Notes under the pieces: model-generated
The model's input: the letters and a program-made list of their open reading frames with translations, nothing else
What the model was told of the DNA's origin: nothing
Databases searched by the model: none
Assembly (NCBI GenBank): GCA_041395865.1
Contig: JAWKZQ010000005.1
Location: 1,679-65,678 of the forward strand
Length of the DNA stretch: 64,000 nt
Direction: 5' to 3'
Origin: Pseudomonadales bacterium
Lineage (GTDB): Bacteria > Pseudomonadota > Gammaproteobacteria > Pseudomonadales > IMCC2047
Translations under genes and position numbers: made by a program
Part shown: positions 43,472 to 50,080 of the stretch, in pieces
How the letters are laid out: each line of letters starts with the position of its first letter
How positions within the stretch are numbered: the stretch's first letter is position 1

Positions 43472-44095
43472 TTAGTCGGCAGTTTGCCCGGAAAACCTGC
43501 GCCGTCTCAGACGCCACCAACCCGCCAGCCCCAGGACGAGAAGAGCGAGAGAAGAGGGCTCGGGGATAGCGTTAATTTGAGCTGAAATAGTTACTCCATG
43601 TGAGGGTGTGTACTCTGGTGGAGCGAAGCCTAGAGCCAAAGCGCCAAACGCCTCGTAATCCGTCAGTTGTTCCGGGCTTGGTAAGGCATCGCTGGACAAC
43701 ATGAACATGCTGCTGTCCTCAATGGCGAGAAGCGCATAGAGAATGGATAATCCTGGCAGTCCCGGTAGTGATAAACCGGAGCCTGCATAACTGCCACTGA
43801 TCAGGAAAAAATTGTCGGTATTCTCCAGATCGTTCTCAACAACGAGAGAGCCGGGAGTTGTAGCGCTTTGTGAGCCAATGGAGATGGTCATCAACCCGTT
43901 GTACAAACCAACGTGAGGATTGCTGGAATAAAGCGGATCCTGGGGCGTTTCAGAATCAAGCGTCATTTCAAACCTGACAGGAATCTCGCCGGCTGAGAAA
44001 GATTGCAGTGCGATATCGAAGGAAAAATTTAATGGGGTGGCGTTAGCAGAAGCGGCAAAAAGGGTGAGCAGTAGAGCAGATAGTCGTTTTGTCAT
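43472..44095 (-). CDS. PEP-CTERM sorting-domain secreted protein
   Basis: Signal peptide MTKRLSALLLTLFAASANA. C-terminus IPEPSSLALLVLGLAGWWRLRRRR: PEP motif, TM helix and Arg cluster. Confidence 0.8.
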   Translation of the reverse strand: MTKRLSALLLTLFAASANATPLNFSFDIALQSFSAGEIPVRFEMTLDSETPQDPLYSSNPHVGLYNGLMTISIGSQSATTPGSLVVENDLENTDNFFLISGSYAGSGLSLPGLPGLSILYALLAIEDSSMFMLSSDALPSPEQLTDYEAFGALALGFAPPEYTPSHGVTISAQINAIPEPSSLALLVLGLAGWWRLRRRRFSGQTAD

Positions 44096-44269
44096 GAAGT
44101 GGTCGTCCCTGTTGGTTGTTTTTCTTCCTTGTAATTGGTAAATGCAAAAAGCATTCCGCTTTTTAACGCGTTGTATTAATTGGGTTTTTTTGTTCCTTTA
44201 TTTGCAGGTTGTAAAAAGAACTGACGTTTTCCGATAGGCTGGCGCGGCTTGAAAAACAGGGAAACGAGT

Positions 44270-45154
44270 CTAGCCGGCTGATGTTCGCACGCCCTGCCAG
44301 TAACGAATGAACTGCTCCGCAACCCGGCCGCTGCGCGAGCCCCTGAGCAAGGCCCAGCGCAGGGCTTCCAGGCGGGTTGTTTCGCATTCGGAGGTTAGGG
44401 GCAGGGCTATCGCCTGCAGTTCGCTATCGATGACGGCTAGATATTCATCCTGGCTGAAGGCATGAAATGCCAGCCACAGGCCAAAGCGTTCGGACAGGGA
44501 AACTTTTTCTTCGCTGGTCTCACCGGGGTGAATTTCACCGTCAATGGTTTGCATTTCGCGGTTTTCGCTCATGCGTTCCGGCATCAGGTGACGGCGGTTG
44601 GAGGTGGCGTAAATCAGGACGTTAGCGGGCGTGCCAGCTATGCTGCCGTCGAGCATGGATTTTAAGGCTTTGTAACTGGGGTCATCCTGCTCAAAGGACA
44701 GGTCATCGGTAAACAGGATAAAGCGTTCGGGGCGAGCCTCCAGCCGTTGCACAATGTCGGGCAGGTCAATCAGGTCGTGCCCTTCCACTTCGATCAGGCG
44801 TAAGCCCTGGTCCGCATACTGATTCAGCAGGGCGCGAACCAGCGTCGATTTGCCGGTGCCGCGCGCCCCCCACAAAAGCACATTGTTAGCGGGTTTTCCC
44901 TGCAGGAACTGCTCAGTATTACGCATGACCTGGGTTTTTTGCCGGTCAATGTTGAGCAGCTGCGACAGGGGTCCGCAGCGGGGCGTTTGTACAGCCTGAA
45001 GCGAGCCGCGACCGTTACGCATCCGCCAGCGGTAGGCTGCAGCGCTCCAGTCGGGGGCGGCGGCCTGGTCTGCGATGCCCTGTTGTTGCGCAAGGTGATC
45101 GATCAGGCGGTCGAGCTTATTCAGCAAGGCGGCTTGAAAATCCGACTTTTTCAT
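44270..45154 (-). CDS. DUF815 / COG2607-type AAA+ ATPase
   Basis: Walker A GARGTGKST and Walker B FILFTDDLSF. ATG 45154 is preceded by AAGGAA; the ORF track starts at TTG 45178. Confidence 0.7.
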   Translation of the reverse strand: MKKSDFQAALLNKLDRLIDHLAQQQGIADQAAAPDWSAAAYRWRMRNGRGSLQAVQTPRCGPLSQLLNIDRQKTQVMRNTEQFLQGKPANNVLLWGARGTGKSTLVRALLNQYADQGLRLIEVEGHDLIDLPDIVQRLEARPERFILFTDDLSFEQDDPSYKALKSMLDGSIAGTPANVLIYATSNRRHLMPERMSENREMQTIDGEIHPGETSEEKVSLSERFGLWLAFHAFSQDEYLAVIDSELQAIALPLTSECETTRLEALRWALLRGSRSGRVAEQFIRYWQGVRTSAG

Positions 45155-45202
45155 TCTGATTTCCTTATGGCTGATCAATAAGAGCAGGGTTTAAAGCGGT
45201 GC

Positions 45203-45595
45203 TCACCGGGCGAACCGGATAGCCAGTGCGGTCACGACACCCCACACCCAATTAAAGAACAGCACTAATAACGGGGTCAACAGCCCCAGCTCCAACCCGG
45301 CGATGCCGTAACGGGTTTTGTAGGGAAAAACCACGAAAAGCTGCACCAGCGTTGGGAACAGGCTTAACAGGGTTCCTTTTAGCAAGGGGCGGGATTGCAA
45401 CATCGGCAGGATGAACAGCAGGCCCCAAAGCCCGCCCCATACCAAACGAGGGTAGAGCCATGCCGGTGTCAGCGACGGGGAGATGGCAACGCCCAGCGAA
45501 GCCGAAATGCCCAGATCGCCGAATAGCCAGACGGTCAGGCTGTTTGCCAAGGCGCCGAGCGTGCCGGCGGCAAAGAAAATCATGAGTTTTTTCAT
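45203..45595 (-). CDS. Small integral membrane protein, function unknown
   Basis: 130 aa with about four hydrophobic helices. No recognisable motif. Confidence 0.5.
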   Translation of the reverse strand: MKKLMIFFAAGTLGALANSLTVWLFGDLGISASLGVAISPSLTPAWLYPRLVWGGLWGLLFILPMLQSRPLLKGTLLSLFPTLVQLFVVFPYKTRYGIAGLELGLLTPLLVLFFNWVWGVVTALAIRFAR

Positions 45596-45670
45596 TGTTA
45601 ATCCTGAAGGGAAGTTAATGCGCCAGGGGCGTTCTGGTTATTTACAGCAGGTTAGACGGCTCATAGCGAT

Positions 45671-47010
45671 TCAGCGCGCAATAATTTGGCGTTGATCGCT
45701 GCTTTCGAGAATCAGCGCGCCATCCTGGCGAATATCGAAGCGGATGACCTGGTTCAGCAGATCGAGGAAATGTGTTTCCTGATTATTCAATGCGGGGGCG
45801 CAGGCCATTTGGGTGGATGCTATCTTTTCAACGGTAAGCTGCTCCCCGGTGAGCTGGAAACTTCCCCGGTAGTTGTTGCAGCCGGCACGGCCGTAAACCT
45901 GGCGGTTATCGGTAAAATTAAGGGTAATGCGCGACATGTCGATGATGCCTTTGGCGTCGATATCCTCAACTACCCATTCACGGGCTTGCAGCAGGGAGGC
46001 GGGCGAACCAGCACAGCCTTTCAGGGTATGACCATCCTTGTTCACCTGAACGCTTTGTGGGTAGGGCATGCCGGACATGCTGTCATGACAGAGTGAATGA
46101 TTAACCGTCACCTCCAGCTGGTTGGCGCTCGAATTTGCCGTATAACGGTAGCCATTCTCAAGCGGAATCGGCTGCGGACGAGGGCTGGCAAACAGTTTTT
46201 GCCCGTAATTCGTGGTCAGCTCAATGCTGCGCTCGGAAATTTCCAGCAACCAGGCGGGTTCGTTACCATACGCCCTCAAAGGCAGCGTTTCGAAATCCGT
46301 TTTCGGGGCCAGTTGCTGGCATATCGGGTAACGGTTGAGACCAACTTGCAGTAACGCACGATTGCCCTTGTTCCAGAACGACAGGTACTGGGATGCATTT
46401 TTTGGGGTTTCATAGCGGGCACCGGAGGCTGAAATCACTTGCTGCAAGTGGTAATTGACGCCGTCCATCTCCAGTAACAACCTGTTTTCGGCTGGGCGAA
46501 TCCGCACTTTCTGGTTGCCGCAGATGAATACCCAGGGTTGGTTCGTCGATTCAGGAGCCGTACTGGCCGTTGATGTCCTCACCAACAGCAATGTGCCCAT
46601 TGTGTTCCGGGGCTGGTTAATGTCGATCAAGTGAACCGTGTCGGTGGTCCATAACAGCTGGCCGGAGGGAGCATGAATCGTGCCGCGAACGGAATAACGC
46701 CCTTCGGGTTTGAGTCGGTCGCTTTTAACGCTCAGGGTAAAAGGGAGCGGTACCTGACGACCTTCGCTTAAAAGGATTGCTGTGCGAGAACCGGCGCTGA
46801 ACGATCGGCAATGGAGATATCGCTCAGGGTGACGGTAATGCGGCTTTGCGGCGGGAGGGCAATGCGTTCTCGGTAGGCCAGGCTGCCTTCGATGGATAGC
46901 GAATCCTTGGCGGAGAGGGGCTGCGTTGATGTTGATTGGGGGAGTTGGCTACAGGCGCCAAGCCCGATCAGGATCATCATCGACAGGACAAAACGTATTT
47001 TTTTGGACAC
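45671..47010 (-). pseudogene. Multidomain lipoprotein (YbaY-like, MliC-like, META/HslJ-like domains) interrupted by a 1-nt frameshift
   Basis: The N-terminal 80-aa ORF (lipobox LGAC, YbaY-like ITVTLSDISIADRSAPVLAQQSF) stops at 46768. The sequence continues in another frame (EGRQVPLPFTLSV...TIHAPSGQLLWTT...) into ORF 45671..46630, which holds an MliC-like ASGARYE segment and a C-terminal META domain (GCNNYRGSF...). Confidence 0.75.
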
Positions 47011-47100
47011 AGGCTCAGGCCTCCTTGCTAGGGTGTATGCATCAACGGCTTATTATGCGCCAGGGGGCCGGAAACGCAACGGCCACCAGCCTTCAAACGG

Positions 47101-47118
47101 ATAGGACATATGTCCTAT
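47101..47118. promoter_or_regulatory. Perfect 18-bp palindrome in a divergent promoter region (candidate operator)
   Basis: ATAGGACAT|ATGTCCTAT, read directly. It lies about 90 bp from each of the divergent start codons (47010 and 47207). Confidence 0.45.
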
Positions 47119-47206
47119 AGCCCGAATTAGGGGCCTTTTGCCCGATTCATCTTTTCGTAAAAGCCCTTAAATTACGTGATAAATGTTACGTTTGCTGGAG
47201 GGCAAA

Positions 47207-47800
47207 ATGAAAGAACGCAATTACGACTACCCGCTTTACGCCAAGTTCCTGCATTTGGGGCTGGCTGTGTTTGGCGTGGCGGCTTACCTGACGGCCGAAA
47301 TGGCAGAGGAGGGAGCCGGGTCCACGGGTTTCCTGGTGCATGCCTATCTTGGGCTTTCGCTGGCAGCCTTTATGTTGATGCGAATCTTGCCAGGGGTGGC
47401 AAGCCGGGGGCCATTGAAATTTTCCGGCTGGGGGCTGTTTTCCCGGCAGCAGTGGAAAATGGTTTTCGAGGATATAATCGGTCTGCTGAGACTGCGAGTT
47501 CCTGAGCGCGGCATGCACGAGGGCATGGCGGGTTTGGTTCAGGTTTTTGGATTGCTGCTCTTTGCCTGGATGGGGCTTACCGGCTCAGCAATGTTTTTTA
47601 TTGGCATAGAACCTGAAACAGACTTGATCGAAGCCATTGAAGAACTGCATGAAATCGGCGAAGGTATGGTCCCGCTCTATCTGTTTTTACATGTTGGCGC
47701 CGTGATTGCTCACTCGCTGATACGTCGACCGGTGTGGCAACGCATGTTGTCTTTCAGGTCTGCCGATAACCGTAAAATGGAGGAGCATCGACCCCTGTAA
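47207..47800 (+). CDS. Cytochrome b/b561-type membrane protein (Ni/Fe-hydrogenase b-type cytochrome fold)
   Basis: Four predicted TM helices with conserved-looking His residues (FLHLG, LVHAY, ELHEIG, FLHVGAVIAH). ATG 47207 follows GGAGGG. Confidence 0.6.
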   Translation: MKERNYDYPLYAKFLHLGLAVFGVAAYLTAEMAEEGAGSTGFLVHAYLGLSLAAFMLMRILPGVASRGPLKFSGWGLFSRQQWKMVFEDIIGLLRLRVPERGMHEGMAGLVQVFGLLLFAWMGLTGSAMFFIGIEPETDLIEAIEELHEIGEGMVPLYLFLHVGAVIAHSLIRRPVWQRMLSFRSADNRKMEEHRPL

Positions 47801-47815
47801 CTAAAGCGAGGCGCG

Positions 47816-48292
47816 GTGAAACTCAGTAATTATCTTCCGGCTGTTGTGCTGGTATTGGCAGCTTTATTTTTTGCCTATGACATCGTCGCCGATTTTTTCA
47901 GCCAGGATGAGGATACACTGCACATCCTGGTTGAAATGCTGGTGTTTATCGCCATGTCGCTGGTGTTATTTCGCGAGCTGCGCCATGTTACGGCCTTAAA
48001 CCGGGCCGTTGCTGAACAGCGATCGCAAATGGCGCGGCTCTCCGGTGATTTAATGGCCGTGATGACAAGCCAGTTTGACCAGTGGGGGCTATCGCCTTCG
48101 GAAAGCGAAGTGGCGATGCTATTGATAAAGGGACTTTCGATGAAGGAAATTTCCGAGCTGCGCAATGTGAAGGAAAAAACCGTGCGCCAGCAGGCCACCA
48201 GCATCTATGCCAAATCCGGCTATGCCGGGCGCCACGAACTGGTGGCGCACTTTATTGAAGACTTGATGAATGCCGGTGAGAAAAACGGCTAG
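47816..48292 (+). CDS. Membrane-anchored LuxR/GerE-family HTH transcriptional regulator
   Basis: 158 aa. Two N-terminal TM helices, then a LuxR C-terminal HTH (LSPSESEVAMLLIKGLSMKEISELRNVKEKTVRQQATSIYAK). No receiver domain. GTG start 16 nt after the cytochrome b stop. Confidence 0.75.
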   Translation: MKLSNYLPAVVLVLAALFFAYDIVADFFSQDEDTLHILVEMLVFIAMSLVLFRELRHVTALNRAVAEQRSQMARLSGDLMAVMTSQFDQWGLSPSESEVAMLLIKGLSMKEISELRNVKEKTVRQQATSIYAKSGYAGRHELVAHFIEDLMNAGEKNG

Positions 48293-48298
48293 TTGTTG

Positions 48299-48784
48299 CT
48301 AGAAAAAATACAAACCGTGCGAGCCCGCCACCGCGCCCAACACCGCCAGCAGGCTCAGCGTCAGCAGCAGGATATGCATCCACTGCAGGCGTACAAAGGT
48401 TTTATGGCTGCGGGTTTGGGCCTGCTCGCGAAACCAGCGATGCAGAAACAGCGGCTCCAGTATAAACAGCACCAGTGTGAAGATCAGCCACACCAGCGTC
48501 ATCAGGTGTACCCACCAGAATTGCGGTTGCAAATAGCGATCCCAGGCATCCATGTAGGCCAGCATATAGAAACCGGAAAGGCCGGTAATCAGCGTGCTGA
48601 TTTTAGCCTGCCAGCCGAAACGCCCCTCCAGCCATTCAAACAGCGCCTGCCGGTCGTTGAGTTTATCAATTTTCCTTACCGCTGGGATCAGCACCGTTGT
48701 CACGAAGGCAACGCCGCCAATCCAGAAAATCACACCAATCACGTGAAGCACGCGGGCCAGAACAAAGGAGGTAAAATCTTCCAT
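48299..48784 (-). CDS. Integral membrane protein, CopD/HemJ-like helical pattern, function unknown
   Basis: 161 aa with four TM helices. The N-terminal LHVIGVIFWIGGVAF motif resembles CopD/HemJ-type proteins. Weak assignment. Confidence 0.4.
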   Translation of the reverse strand: MEDFTSFVLARVLHVIGVIFWIGGVAFVTTVLIPAVRKIDKLNDRQALFEWLEGRFGWQAKISTLITGLSGFYMLAYMDAWDRYLQPQFWWVHLMTLVWLIFTLVLFILEPLFLHRWFREQAQTRSHKTFVRLQWMHILLLTLSLLAVLGAVAGSHGLYFF

Positions 48785-48875
48785 CGGTTTTTGTTGTTTC
48801 CTGCCAGAACCTTAAAACAGCCATCATAGCGATGTGTTTCGGTTTTTTCTTTGATCCAGGTCTTAATCGGGCCAA

Positions 48876-49385
48876 CTACCAGTACTTAGGGTAACGGTCG
48901 TTGCGGCTCAGGTTGTTGTAAATTAGTGCCACCAGACCGACAAGCAGGGCGCCGATCAGCGTAGGGAACAGTAAAAAATCCCAACCGGGCTGGGTCAGGA
49001 AAACAATAACCGGGTTCGAACCGGCTGGGGGGTGAACGGTACGGGTCGCCATCATCAGTGCGATAGCGGTGCCGACCGCCATCGCCACCGACCACCAGGT
49101 GGGGCCGCACAGCGTCAGGAATATTAACCCCACCAGCGAACTCAGGAAGTGGCCTGCGATCAGGTTGCGGGGTTGCGAGAAGGGCGCCTCGGGGAAGCCG
49201 AACAGCAGTACGCAGGATGCCCCGAAAGAACCCAGCACCAGCATCATTTGAAGGTTCTGTGCCAGCCCGGCGACCAGTGCAATGGCTGCGAAACCGCCCA
49301 GCCAGGCCAACATAATCGCTTTTATGCTTGGCTTGGGGGGTAGTGCGATGCCTTCGCCCTGCAGTTTTTTAATGAATTCTGTCAT
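48876..49385 (-). CDS. HPP family membrane protein
   Basis: Contains the eponymous VHPPAGSNP motif and four to five TM helices. ATG 49385 (MTEFIKK) is preferred; the longer ORF to 49448 would run through the operator-like palindrome. Confidence 0.75.
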   Translation of the reverse strand: MTEFIKKLQGEGIALPPKPSIKAIMLAWLGGFAAIALVAGLAQNLQMMLVLGSFGASCVLLFGFPEAPFSQPRNLIAGHFLSSLVGLIFLTLCGPTWWSVAMAVGTAIALMMATRTVHPPAGSNPVIVFLTQPGWDFLLFPTLIGALLVGLVALIYNNLSRNDRYPKYW

Positions 49386-49408
49386 GCGTCTTTCCTTATT
49401 CGATGATT

Positions 49409-49458
49409 GGAGACTGAGTTGTCTACCTGTGGTGCAAATGGTAGACAACTCGGTCTCC
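49409..49458. promoter_or_regulatory. 19-bp inverted repeat in the HPP/TetR divergent promoter region (candidate TetR operator)
   Basis: GGAGACTGAGTTGTCTACC (49409-49427) and GGTAGACAACTCGGTCTCC (49440-49458) are reverse complements with one mismatch and a 12-nt spacer. Confidence 0.55.
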
Positions 49459-49495
49459 TCGTGTCAACATCACTTTTATTTGAATCGAGTTCGGT

Positions 49496-50068
49496 ATGAC
49501 GGAAAAGCGCCAGGCACTGGTCGAAACGGCTTTCAAACTTTTTTACCGTAAGGGCGTTCATGCGGTGGGTATCAACGAGATACTGGCTGAGACCGGCATT
49601 GCCAAAAAAACCCTCTATCACCACTTTGCCAGCAAAAACGAACTGATTTCTGCGGTTGTCGCCTACCGGGATCAGTGCTTCTGCAACTGGCTGACAGGCG
49701 AACTCATCAAGGCTGCGCCCGGCATGGCAAAAATCGAAGCACTGTTCGACGCGCTGGGTGACTGGTTTAACGACAGGGCGGAGGTCCTGTTACCCTTTCG
49801 TGGCTGTTTCTTTATCAACGTCAGCGGCGAGTTCAGCGACCCTGCCGATCCTGTGCATCGCCAGTGCCAGCAGCACAAGGAAAATATCGCGGCGCTAATC
49901 AAGGCGCAGGTCAGCACCCTGGATATTGCTGCCGACCAAATTCAACCGCTGACAGATTCACTGTGTTTGCTCAAGGAGGGGGCTATTGTGCTGGCGCATG
50001 TGCAGGGGGATAAAAAAGCGGCCCAGAAAGCGAAAGAAGCGGCGGAGGCATTGGTTAACCACCATTGA
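49496..50068 (+). CDS. TetR/AcrR family transcriptional regulator
   Basis: 190 aa. N-terminal TetR HTH (FYRKGVHAVGINEILAETGIAKKTLYHHF). Confidence 0.9.
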   Translation: MTEKRQALVETAFKLFYRKGVHAVGINEILAETGIAKKTLYHHFASKNELISAVVAYRDQCFCNWLTGELIKAAPGMAKIEALFDALGDWFNDRAEVLLPFRGCFFINVSGEFSDPADPVHRQCQQHKENIAALIKAQVSTLDIAADQIQPLTDSLCLLKEGAIVLAHVQGDKKAAQKAKEAAEALVNHH

Positions 50069-50080
50069 TGGTCGAATCAA

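Noticed and set aside
49008-49022. A GGGTTCGAACCGG string resembling a tRNA T-arm.
   Set aside because: It lies inside the HPP gene, where it encodes the conserved PPAGSNPV motif on the other strand. No acceptor or anticodon stems can be built around it, and no tRNA or rRNA was found anywhere in the window.
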